DNA from: Yuukianura sp. NJ FZ-2021 | Taxonomy: Eukaryota | Length of the DNA: 64,000 nt | Reading direction: 5' to 3' | NCBI GenBank assembly: GCA_046563655.1 | Contig: CM102286.1 | Location: 8,680,001-8,744,000, forward strand | Part shown: positions 1 to 11,201 of the stretch, one piece after another | Layout: the number at the start of each line of letters is the position of its first letter | Position numbering within the stretch: position 1 is the stretch's first letter | The notes under the pieces: model-generated | The model's database searches: none | Told to the model about the DNA's origin: nothing | What the model saw: the letters and a program-made list of their open reading frames with translations, nothing else | Translations under genes and position numbers: made by a program

Positions 1-24
1 TTTCCTGAAAAGTGTAAAGTTTAC

Positions 25-924
25 GTGAAAGACAAAACTTGCCCGTACATGGTGCTAGAGGAGGCAGAATATGATCAGCTGACTTCGAATAAACCACGGT
101 CCAAATCGGTATGGATGCCGGCAGTGGAACAGAAAAAGGAAACGGTTCCGTCTGAATCATATATGAGCGACGCAAAAAGAAATTTGATGAAAAGAGAAGT
201 AACTCAACTACACGACGAGTTCAACAAGGCAAATACATCAGTTGAACTTCAAAACCACATGCTCCATGCCCTCCTTCGTCAATTTCAGGATAGACGAAAC
301 GTGGAACAGCCAAAGCAAGCTGATTTGAAAGATACAAAAGCAATTGAAGTTGAGGCGAAAGGCATCGAAGAGCACAAGCGGAAGGAGTTGCCAAAACCGA
401 TTCCGGAACAAAAAAACTTTAATTTTTTATACTTTCCAAAACCAGGACGCAATCTCCTTCAACTTTTTGTGAATAACGGAGCAATCTTACAAGGAGAAAC
501 TGTCGCTTTCGGTGGTGAACAAATGCAACGATGCGACTTTGAAGACGGAATTCGTGTTCTTAGTGATGGCAGGCGCAGGCTAAATAGTTCATTGTTTGCG
601 GGAATGATTCAGTTTATGAAATCCCGCAAATTTCCAATACATGAATTACCGGAGGCAAGACAATACCTGTTTCAGACGTTTCAAGGGATGAATCCCAGAA
701 AGAAGAGACGTATTGTGGAGGATTCTTCCTCTAGCACAAGTGAAGAAGAAACTCCCAGCTCGAGTGATGGTGAAGAAGAAGATGATGACGCAGAGAACGA
801 GAGCGATCAGGAAAATGCAGTTCATGATGAGCCTGAAAACGAACAAACTGGACATGGGAAAATTGATGATCGCGATGAAGCCTTATATCGCTTTTATTCT
901 CGCGGGCAACATATGTACCGTTAA
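25..924 (+). CDS. Hypothetical protein (299 aa), possibly from a Polinton/Maverick-like or other large mobile element
   Basis: Long open frame with a globular-looking middle (KPGRNLLQLF..GETVAFGG..GMIQFMK..P), a basic NLS-like PRKKRR, an acidic Ser-rich tail and a QTGHG motif. AATAAA occurs at ~1057-1066. The start is uncertain (GTG at 25, first ATG at 49). The family assignment is only a resemblance. Confidence 0.5.
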   Translation: MKDKTCPYMVLEEAEYDQLTSNKPRSKSVWMPAVEQKKETVPSESYMSDAKRNLMKREVTQLHDEFNKANTSVELQNHMLHALLRQFQDRRNVEQPKQADLKDTKAIEVEAKGIEEHKRKELPKPIPEQKNFNFLYFPKPGRNLLQLFVNNGAILQGETVAFGGEQMQRCDFEDGIRVLSDGRRRLNSSLFAGMIQFMKSRKFPIHELPEARQYLFQTFQGMNPRKKRRIVEDSSSSTSEEETPSSSDGEEEDDDAENESDQENAVHDEPENEQTGHGKIDDRDEALYRFYSRGQHMYR

Positions 925-1200
925 GTTATTATCTTCTTTTTGCCAACGCAGAGTACTTCATTTCAGTAGCCTCATATCCTGTATGTATTGTATGTCTATG
1001 AAGTGTACTTTCGAGTTACGTAACATGTTACTGTGTGTGTATATTCTAATGTTGAAAATAAATAAAGTCGAATCTAAAACGATTTTTCAATTTCTTCTTT
1101 TTTAAGTTATTTGAACATATATTTATTTTTACTAAAGTGGTCAACAATTCACAATTCAAAAACAACATGTTTTTCAAGTTTTAAGTTTTGAATTTTTGAG

Positions 1201-1257
1201 GAGACCCTTTTTTCAGGGGGGGTTAGGTTACAAGACTGTGGGGTACAAGACTGGCTA
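1201..1257. mobile_element. Possible terminus of an unidentified element abutting the satellite array
   Basis: G-run, GGTTAGGTTA and a direct repeat TACAAGACTG (1229-1238, 1244-1253), then an abrupt mid-monomer start of the satellite at GGCTTCG (1258). The other end is outside the window. Confidence 0.3.
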
Positions 1258-3539
1258 GGCTTCGTAATTTTTTCTTACTTAAATTTTGTGCTTAAAATGC
1301 ATGTCAGTTAAGATGAATAAAAAGGCAGTTAATTAACATTCTTAATTGAGACTCTCTACAAAGAATTCTGACGGTGGCAACATCTCCTTTCATGTCACTT
1401 GTACCTTGTTATGAATAGCAGTGGACCTGATACAGCTTTTGTGTAACGGTTTATCGCAGCCTAAGATTTCGTTCAAAAAAATATTTCTCCACATGTATGA
1501 AACGGCATATCATCAAAGTTCTCCACACGACATTTGGCAGCAGCAAGGAATATGTAATATTTTACTTGCTAACAACACTCTCTTGTTTCCACTTTATTTC
1601 GATAGCAGTTCAAATCTACGGTGTAAGTTGGGCTTCGTAATTTTTTCTTACTTAAATTTTGTGCTTAAAATGCATGTCAGTTAAGATGAATAAAAAGGCA
1701 GTTAATTAACATTCTTAATTGCGACTTTCTACAAAGAATTCTGACGGTGGCAACATCTCCTTTCATGTCACTTGTACCTTGTTATGAATAGCAGTGGACC
1801 TGATACAGCTTTTGTGTAACGGTTTATCGCAGCCTAAGATTTCGTTCAAAAAAATATTTCTCCACATGTATGAAACGGCATATCATCAAAGTTCTCCACA
1901 CGACATTTGGCAGCAGCAAGGAATATGTAATATTTTACTTGCTAACAACACTCTCTTGTTTCCACTTTATTTCGAAAGCAGTTCAAATCTACGGCGTAAG
2001 TTGGGCTTCGTAATTTTTTCTTACCTAAATTTTGTGCTTAAAATGCATGTCAGTTAAGATGAATAAAAAGGCAGTTAATTAACATTCTTAATTGCGACGC
2101 TCTACAAAGAATTCTGACGGTGGCAACATCTCCTTTCATGTCACTTGTACCTTGTTATGAATAGCAGTGGACATGATACAGCTTTTGTGTAACGGTTTAT
2201 CGCAGCTTAAGATTGCGTTCAAAAAAATATTTCTCCACATGTATGAAACGGCATATCATCAAAGTTCTCCACACGACATTTGGCAGCAGCAAGGAATATG
2301 TAATATTTTACTTCCTAACAACACTCTCTTGTTTCCACTTTATTTCGATAGCAGTTCAAATCTACGGCGTAAGTTGGGCTTCGTAATTTTTTCTTACTTA
2401 AATTTTGTGCTTAAAATGCATGTCAGTTAAGATGAATAAAAAGGCAGTTAATTAACATTCTTAATTGCGACTCTCTACAAAGAATTCTGACGGTGGCAAC
2501 ATCTCCTTTCATGTCACTTGTACCTTGTTATGAATAGCAGTGGACCTGATACAGCTTTTGTGTAACGGTTTATCGCAGCCTAAGATTTCGTTCAAAAAAA
2601 TATTTCTCCACATGTATGAAACGGCATATCATCAAAGTTCTCCACACGACATTTGGCAGCAGCAAGGAATATGTAATATTTTACTTGCTAACAACACTCT
2701 CTTGTTTCCACTTTATTTCGATAGCAGTTCAAATCTACGGCGTAATGTGGGCTTCGTAATTTTTTCTTACTTAAATTTTGTGCTTAAAATGCATGTCAGT
2801 TAAGATGAATAAAAAGGCAGTTAATTAACATTCTTAATTGCGACTCTCTACAAAGAATTCTGACGGTGGCAACATCTCCTTTCATGTCACTTGTACCTTG
2901 TTATGAATAGCAGTGGACCTGATACAGCTTTTGTGTAACGGTTTATCGCAGCCTAAGATTTCGTTCAAAAAAATATTTCTCCACATGTATGAAACGGCAT
3001 ATCATCAAAGTTCTCCACACGACATTTGGCAGCAGCAAGGAATATGTAATATTTTACTTGCTAACAACACTCTCTTGTTTCCACTTTATTTCGATAGCAG
3101 TTCAAATCTACGGCGTAAGTTGGGCTTCGTAATTTTTTCTTACTTAAATTTTGTGCTTAAAATGCATGTCAGTTAAGATGAATAAAAAGGCAGTTAATTA
3201 ACATTCTTAATTGCGACGCTCTACAAAGAATTCTGACGGTGGCAACATCTCCTTTCATGTCACTTGTACCTTGTTATGAATAGCAGTGGACCTGATACAG
3301 CTTTTGTGTAACGGTTTATCGCAGCCTAAGATTTCGTTCAAAAAAATATTTCTCCACATGTATGAAACGGCATATCATCAAAGTTCTCCACACGACATTT
3401 GGCAGCAGCAAGGAATATGTAATATTTTACTTGCTAACAACACTCTCTTGTTTCCACTTTATTTCGATAGCAGTTCAAATCTACGGCGTAAGTTGGGCTT
3501 CCTAATTTTTTCTTACTTAAATTTTGTGCTTAAAATGCA
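1258..3539. repeat. 373-bp satellite array, block 1 (~6 monomers)
   Basis: The same sequence recurs every 373 bp (1421, 1794, 2167, 2540, 2913, 3286). Confidence 0.99.
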
Positions 3540-3824
3540 TGAAGTGAATTGGATGGTAGAGCGGATGTTGGTTTTTTGTATTTTATTATAAAACGTTAAT
3601 ACTTTAAATTATTTACATTTTATTGATTATTTTAATTAATAATCGAAAAGTGCAGACCATGCTGCTTGGAATAGAGAATTGAAGTGAAGAGGGCAGTTTC
3701 TCTGCTCATCTTCTTTTCACACTTTTTACACACTTTTTCTTAATTGCTATACACTATATCAAACACTTTTCGACAATTTGAAAGTGGCGCTTCCCATTTG
3801 AGAAGCGTCTCAAATGCCAAAACA
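3540..3824 (-). repeat. 3' LTR of BEL/Pao element
   Basis: TGAAGTGAATT...GCCAAAACA, a direct repeat of 12798-13082 with two substitutions seen by eye. Confidence 0.97.
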
Positions 3825-3833
3825 CCGCCCTCC
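3825..3833 (-). other. Polypurine tract
   Basis: GGAGGGCGG on the minus strand immediately before the 3' LTR. Confidence 0.8.
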
Positions 3834-4327
3834 ATTGAATGACTAGGTCATTCAATTTTGCACAAATAGAAAAAGAAAATGGCGACCAATTCTGGATACA
3901 TGCAAATGGAGGAAATAACCTAACCTGAACCGACGCCACTGGATTCGGTGGCTGAAGGTGGACTAGGCCTTCTTCCAGTTGCTCAGGCTGGAATTTCCGT
4001 TTGCTAGACCCTACCAGTATGTCTGAACATGAAAGATTACCCACACAATTACACAATCCAGAATTTAGTCACCTTACGTTCGGTAACTACTTTACTCGAA
4101 CGGAAGGTGTTTTAGCACATGATTTTTACCCCTAATTTTAATTTTGAAAAGAGATAACACTTAACACTAAAAGCCTATCTTAACACCTAGGTTATGATAG
4201 CTGGAAAAAGGCACTTAAATTCTAAGATTTTAAGTCTAACTTTAACCGAAAATTTTAAAGTTTGAATAATAAATGAATATTTTTGAAGTTTTACATTACA
4301 TTATTTACACATTTCCCTAGACTTACG

Positions 4328-4934
4328 CTACTCTGGTTCTAGTAGCTTGACAATTTTGACGATTGGACGAAGAAACACATGGTCCTTTACTTTGGATTGG
4401 CCTTTCTTGTCGATTTCTGTCGTCTTGTAGGTTACTTCCACTGAACGTACCAAATTGTCGTCTCCAGGGAATGTTTTGGTGATTCTGGCGAGTCTCCACT
4501 TCAACGGTGGAGTGTCGTCGTCTTTGATTAGCACAAGATCGCCAGTTTTGATGTTGTCAGCCTCATTTCGCCACTTGTTGCGTTGCTGGAGAAGGTTGAG
4601 GTACTCTTTCTTCCAGCGATTCCAGAAATGTTCCGACATCTGTTGAACTCGTTGCCATCTTGACAGTCGGTTTTCTTTCATCTCAGCCAGACTTGGTTCT
4701 GGAATGGCGAGTAGTGGCTTCCCGATGAGAAAGTGGCCTGGAGTCAGCGCTTCAACGTCATCTGGGTCACGAGATTTTGCACAAATCGGCCTGGAGTTGA
4801 GCACTGCTTCCACCATGGTCAGGAGCGTATGGAATTCCTCCAGTGTCAAAGTAGTCGATCCAACCACTCTCCTGAGGTGGTATTTGGCCGACTTGACTCC
4901 TGATTCCCATAGTCCACCCATGTGAGGCGCATCA
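4328..4934 (-). pseudogene. BEL/Pao integrase C-terminal part (split from pol by the Harbinger insertion)
   Basis: APHMGGLWESGVKSAK, LNSRP, LTPGHFLIG, FWNRWKKEYL, PPLKWRLARI and RPIVKI motifs. It joins in frame to ...WKFIPP once the insert and one TCA are removed. Confidence 0.95.
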
Positions 4935-5308
4935 GGCCTAGTTTCCATTACTCGGATAAGAGAGTAACTCTCCCAAATGAGTAATGGAAATGGGTAGGGT
5001 AACCCCTACTCATTTCCGTTTCCATTACTCACCTCGAAAGAGAGTAACTCACTTTCTTACCCGGATAAGTGGGTAAGATCTTATCCGAGTAGAACAAGTC
5101 GAGTAATGTAAACAAGGTAGGGAGTAGAAATTTGAAAATTGCGCCAAAATTAACATGTGCCTTGCTGCCCGGCAATTTACAAGATCAAAATTCCAGTTTT
5201 ATTCTCATGTTCACTCACTTCTGAAACGAAACTAATCAGTTCTGTTCTACTGTTTCGGTTTATACGGGTTTTTGTTAATTAATTGTTCTTATTTAGTTAA
5301 TTACGGCA

Positions 5309-6215
5309 ATGGAGGGTGGCAAATACTTTCAAAGTAGTGAAACGAAGTACCTAGTAAAACTGTTTTGCGATTCTGATTGGCAAAAGAAGTTTGAAAATCA
5401 TAAAAAATCGCAAAAGCATGTTTGGCAAGAGCTATCAGCTGAACTTGAACAACAAAATGGAATACAGCGTACAGGGGAACAATGCCAGAACAAGATCAAG
5501 AACTTGAAGAAGGAGTTTTTCAAACTGAAGAGGTCACCAAGTGGTTCGGGTCAAATTGAGTGGCCTTACTATGAAGACTTTGCAAAAGTTTTTGGTGGAA
5601 GTGCGCTACTCAATCCAGTCATGGTTATCGATTCGCTGGAATCTTCAGAAAGGTATGCAACATAAGTTACTCAGCTCGAACTTTTGAAAATAAATGGTTA
5701 AATGTGAACTTAATTTTAAAAATTGCAGTGACGTCACGTCTCAAGACGAAAGCGAGTACAGTTTGTCGCTTGTATCTGAAGACGATACCGACCCAGTTTT
5801 TCAACCGGAAGCATATACTGACCGTCCCTCTACATCAGCTTCAACAATCAACTTGGATCGTGCTAAACTGAATTCGTAAGTTTCATGTAAATCTTGCCGA
5901 AGCGCATTCAACCGGCAAAAATTATACTGTGTTTTTTTACGACACAGGAAAAAACGTAAGAACGCAGCAGCTCAGATCAACGAGTATCTGAGGAAGACTG
6001 AGGAGTCTGACAAGCGAGATCAGGATGAAAAGAAGAAGATGGACAATGACTTGCTACTTGAAATGAAAAAAATGAACGAAAACATGGCCGACTTGATTGC
6101 CCTTAAAAGACAGAAGTTAGAACAACCACCGATGTTCCAACTACCCTACTTCCAACCTCCGTCTCCCAATCCTCCAAATCCAAAAACAGCTTCGACACGG
6201 AAATCAAGTCACTAA
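5309..6215 (+). CDS. Harbinger Myb/SANT-like (trihelix) DNA-binding protein; predicted exons 5309-5652, 5729-5875, 5948-6215
   Basis: VWQELS..RTGEQCQNKIKNLKKEF..WPYY trihelix signature. The GT-AG introns keep the frame, giving an acidic linker and a coiled-coil-like C-terminus ending at TAA 6213-6215. Confidence 0.88.
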
Positions 6216-6308
6216 ATACTTTTATATCCACATAAGTTTAACAACACAAATGCAGTGGGTAATAAATATTACTTATCCCTACACCATTTAAGTAGTAAGT
6301 TGAATTGT

Positions 6309-7640
6309 TTAGAGCAGCTGATTTGCAATATCTGTTCTTTTTCTGTTCCCTTGTGCTCGAGCATGGTTCTGGTTTGGGGCATTGAAATTGTGTTGTTGTG
6401 GCTGTGGAAAACGATTGTCGAATTCCTCAACTCGTTTCAGCCACCCTTCAACGAAGATTTCCTTGTTTTCTTCAGCAATGTTATGTAGAATACAGCAAAC
6501 TTGGACGCATTTGACAAATTTAGTCAAATTCCAATCGCAGCGTCTCAGGAGAATACGAAAACGAGCTGTAATTTGATAAAAATAGAGGATTACTAAATTG
6601 TACTTGTAAATAGAAAAATTTAGACACAACTCACCTTTTAATCTCCCAAAAGCACACTCGACAGTCATTCTCGCTCGTGACAAACGGTAGTTGAAGTTGG
6701 ATTCTCCAGCATTGACCCCATGTAGTGGATAAGGCTTCATGATTTTTATCGACAACGGGAAAGCAGAATCAGCAATCAAATGATATGGTGCTCGAATTAT
6801 ACTTGTATCCTGGCCAAACTTAGAACTTCCCCATGCAGCTCCGTCGTTACATTTCCCAGGTTGACCAACATTGATCCAAAGAAATCTGTATACCAAATAC
6901 AAAAGAAAAACAACATTTTAAAAACAGATTATGAGCAAGTTTAAGTCTATAGTTAATTCTAACTTTCTTAACCTGGAATGGCTGTCCACAATTCCAAGCA
7001 AAATGATGGAGTGCCATCCTTTGTAGTTATAATAGTCAGCTCCATTTTCATCCGGAGTTAAGATCGGGATGTGCGATCCGTCCAGTGCTCCCACGCAATC
7101 CGGAAATTGATAATTCTCTTCAAACTCATTAGCTGTTTGTCCTTGATCATTTGCACTCATAGGAAACTTGATTTTGATTTTGTAGAAGCGTTTGATAATG
7201 GCGTCAAGAAACTCATCTAGAATTCTACACACTGAAGTTTTGGAGACACCAAACACGTCCGCGACAACTGAGTAGTCTGATCCCGATTTTAAAACGTAAA
7301 TTCCAATCGCAACACGCTTAATGACACTAATTGGTTCCCTCAGAACGTGTTGCTTGGTTAATTCGGGCCTCAAGTCTTCTACAAGTTCGTAAAACGATGC
7401 TTTGGAAAATCGGAACTTTTTTGAAAAAATATCGTCCGGAAGATTTAGTGTTTCTTCAAGAAAAACGCTGGACTTAACAAAGGTCCAAACTCTAGGTCTG
7501 GCTTTCTCGGGTTTCCATTCCTCCCATAATTTCTTCAAGGTCAGCAATGCTCGTCGTCTGGTTCGATGGGATTTAGCGTTTGAACGGCGGTTAATTAACT
7601 TTGAAATGATTAAGGCTTGAGAAATGATTAGTGTACTCAT
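6309..7640 (-). CDS. Harbinger (HARBI1-like) DDE transposase; predicted exons 7640-6973, 6885-6635, 6565-6309
   Basis: FRFSK..F, HTH-like VADVFGVSKTSV, VGALDGSHIPI (D), YYNYKGWHS, IADSAFP (D), RMTVECAFGRLKARFRIL (E) and CCILHN. Two frame-preserving GT-AG introns. Confidence 0.92.
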
Positions 7641-7848
7641 TTTTGACAACTTTTTGAAAGATAACTTCAGTTTTTGATATTTCACAATTTGAGTTTGGAA
7701 AAACCAAATTCGGTTTCCCGCAAAACCATCACATGCTAAAACGGCTCCAATTTCAAATTCTACTCTCTTAAAAATTTCGTTGGAACGGAGTACAATTCTA
7801 TCCGGGTCGTATCCGGATAACTTTTACCCGAGTAATGGAAACGTAGGG

Positions 7849-10800
7849 TCAGGAGGAATGAATTTCCACTGTATTCCTGAAACACATAAAAAATCAACGA
7901 CTTTAGTGTCATGAATTATTTTTAGCCACTCTGCCATTTCATTAGCAGCGCCCACAAAGTTTTTGCCATTGTCAGAATGAATGACAGACACAAGTCCTCT
8001 CCTGGAAATGAATCTTTTAAGGGTGGCAATGAACGCTGCAGTGGTCAAATCAGTTACGGGTTCCAAATGGATTGCCCGTGTTGCAAAGCAGACAAACACA
8101 CAAAAGTAGCCATCAAATTGTCGCTTGCCACGCCCGTATTTTTCCTGCAGCTTAATCGGACCTGCGTAGTCGACACCACAGTGTGTAAATGGTGGAGAGG
8201 GAGTTACTCTCGCCTTTGGCAAAGATCCCATCAGTTGTTCACTGGCTCTGGCTCGAAGTCTTTTGCACTTTAGGCAGTCTCTGACCACCTGTCGAATTGT
8301 GACTCGCGCACCCACAATCCAAAACTTTTTTGACACATTTGCCCACAACAACTGATAATTGGCATGTAAATAAAATTGATGATAGTGTCTTACCATGAGT
8401 TTGGTGAAATAATTATGACCTGATAGTATGATGGGGTGGCATTGGTCACTCGGAAGATCTGACTTTTGGAGTCTCCCTCCAACACGCATGACTCCATGAC
8501 TGTCTAAAAATGGATGAAGCGATTCCAATGCACTTCCTTTCCCCACGCAATTGTTTTTCGTCAAGGCCAGTATTTCGTCACTGTAGTCGTCTCCTTGCGC
8601 TACTTTGACGCACATGAGGAAGGCTCGGTCAGTTTCTTCAACTGTCAAGTCACCAGTAAGCCTCTCCCCCTGTTTCAAATTCCTGCAATTGGAAACAAAT
8701 CTAATGGCATATGCCACTGCACGGTTAAGCCTCACATAATTTGAAAATCTTTTCATCATGTCACGATCAATTATGGCCAAATTCACGTTTACCTTTCGTA
8801 ATTCCAGAAGTTCAGAGGGGTCACTTACTTTCCCTTCTGACTCAAACACTGGTAAATCTGGATTTTTTAGCCAGTCTGGGCCACACCACCACAAATTTGA
8901 ACTTACAAGTTCTTCTGCAGAAATTCCACGAGTCCCTAAGTCTGCTGGATTATCGATTCCAGGAACAAAATTCCAGGAACTGACAGGAATTACTTCCTGT
9001 ATCTCGGAAATACGATTAGCCACAAAAGTAACAAACTTACGACTCGTGTTACGCAGCCACTTAAGTACCGTTTCACTGTCGGTCCAAGTGATGATTGTGC
9101 AGTTGAGACGAGTGGCTTCCATCACCTTGGGAATCAATTTCGCCAGAAGTAGAGCACCACACAACTCGAGTCGTGGTAGGCTGATCTGCTTCATAGGAGC
9201 CACTTTCGTCTTTGATGCGATTATGTTGGTAGTGACCCGACCATTCCTCTGAATTGAACGGACGTATACTACCGCACAGTAGGCCAGTTCCGATGCGTCA
9301 CAAAATCCATGAATTTCAACGATTTCTGGAGAACCTGAGAACAAACACCTAGGAACAGTTAGACTTTTTATGTTTTGGACACTTTGGACATAGTCATGCC
9401 ATTGTCCGACTAGGTCAGGGGGAATCTCATCGTCCCATGACAAGATCCCATTTTCCTTTCCCTGCACTGGTGACCACAAAACCTGAAAATAAACTTTGAT
9501 TTTAACAGTTAGGGGAGACAAAAAACCAAGTGGGTCAAACACTTTTGACATCGTGGACAAGACCGTCCTCTTTGTGACCACGCCCACTGGTTTTGGAGTG
9601 TAACCTTTAAAATGAAAGTAGTCACCTCCACTGTCCCAACACACTCCTAAAACTCTGTCAAAGTCAGCATCACAAGTAATCACGTCATTTTTTCCACGGT
9701 TTACCTTAGGAATGGAGTTTAGAACCTCCTTTGAATTCGAGTCCCACTTCGTAATTTCAATGCAACCGAGACGTAAAAGTCCTTCCAGCTCCGTCACGAG
9801 TTGATTGGCCTCTTGGACAGTCTTAGCTCCTCCCATCAAGTCGTCCACGTAAAAATTTGACTTTAAAACCTCAGCAGCCTTTGGAAATTTGTTCTTTTCG
9901 TCTTCGGCTAATTGCTGGAGGCATCTGACGGCGTGAAATGGGGCGGAGCTTGTGCCGTATGTCACCGTTTGAAGTTCAAATTCACCAATTTCATCACTTG
10001 GTGTTGCACGCCAGAGTATCCGTTGTTTTCTCTGGTCAGTTTTGTCCACGAGGAATTGACGGTACATTTTAACAATGTCCGCCTTAAGTGCAATCAGATT
10101 GGTCCTAAAAAACAACAAATGAGAAAAAATATCAGTTTGAATAGTCGGACCAATTAACAAACACTCATTCAAAGACACATTATTAGACGTTCTGGCAGAT
10201 CCATCAAAAACCACCCGAAGCTTGGTAGTGGTACTTGTGTCTTTTAACACAAAGTGGTGGGGCAAGTAGTTTGTCACTCCAATGACCTCACCCTCCTCCG
10301 ACTTGGTCACTCGACTCATGTGGCCAAGTTCCTCGTATTTTGACATAAATTGGAGATACTCGTCCTTGTACTGAGGAAACTTTTGCAAACGTTTTTCGAT
10401 TCCCATTAATCGACTTACGGCCGTGTCCCGTGACGAGCCCAATTTGTCACAATCGGTTTTGAATGGTAATTTTACCACATACCTACCACTCTCAGTTCTG
10501 GAGTGGTTGACCACGAAATGTTGCTCTGCCAGTGCCTCCTCTTTAGTGTACACAGGCCGAATTGGGACACTCTCAAGTTCCCAAAATTTTTTCACATATG
10601 ATTCACACACAGAAGTACAAAAATTGACACTTACGTTTTTTGTAGTGCTTACCGGGCCAGATATGACCCACCCAAATTCAGTTTCCTCAGCGATGGGAAG
10701 ATTGAGGCTACTTTGGACCTTCTTACCAGTCTTCAATCTGGCCACAAATTCACTGCCAAGTAGAATGTCCACATCGCTGGGCTGAAGATAGGCTGGATCT

Positions 10801-11201
10801 GCCAGTTGCAAATTTTTTAAGTGTGGCCAATCAGTGTTTTTGACAAGGAACGAGGGCAGCGTACCTGTAACTTTGTTGAAAACTAAAGCACACACATTAA
10901 GTTCAAACTCATTAGCTTTAGATTTGACACAAAAGTTGGTCTCTCCCAGTGCTCTCTCGACCTTGGTTCCTGAAATGCCTGTAATGGTTACATTAGCACG
11001 ATGTTTTTTAAGACCCAATTTTTTGACACACGACATGGAGATAAAGTTTGATTCAGACCCTTGGTCCAAAAGTACACGACAATTTTGGTAATCTCCAAAA
11101 GAGTCCATTACACTCACCACAGCTGTAGCCAAAATCACACGAGCACTGGAACAGTGCAGTGCTGTGGTTGAAGTAGAGCTTTTCTCCTCCTTTGTATCCA
11201 C
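7849..11201 (-). pseudogene. BEL/Pao pol: protease, RT, RNase H, integrase N-terminal part
   Basis: LLDQGS (protease); KLRVVFDGS, ADIVKMYRQ and FYVDD (RT); HGFCDAS, PRLELCGA, WTDS and NPAD (RNase H); HHCC zinc finger, GVDYAGP and SDNG (integrase). Confidence 0.96.

Larger units (their letters stand above)
4935..7848. mobile_element. PIF/Harbinger DNA transposon (apparently autonomous)
   Basis: 3-bp TSD TCA (4932-4934 and 7849-7851), inverted repeat core GTTTCCATTACTCGG at both ends, and convergent Myb/SANT-like and DDE transposase genes. Confidence 0.95.

Noticed and set aside
1221..1230. TTAGG telomeric repeat
   Set aside because: Fewer than two full units, so not a telomeric array.
3754..4056. 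env-like ORF in the BEL 3' region
   Set aside because: Only 100 codons with a non-ATG start and no signal peptide or transmembrane pattern.
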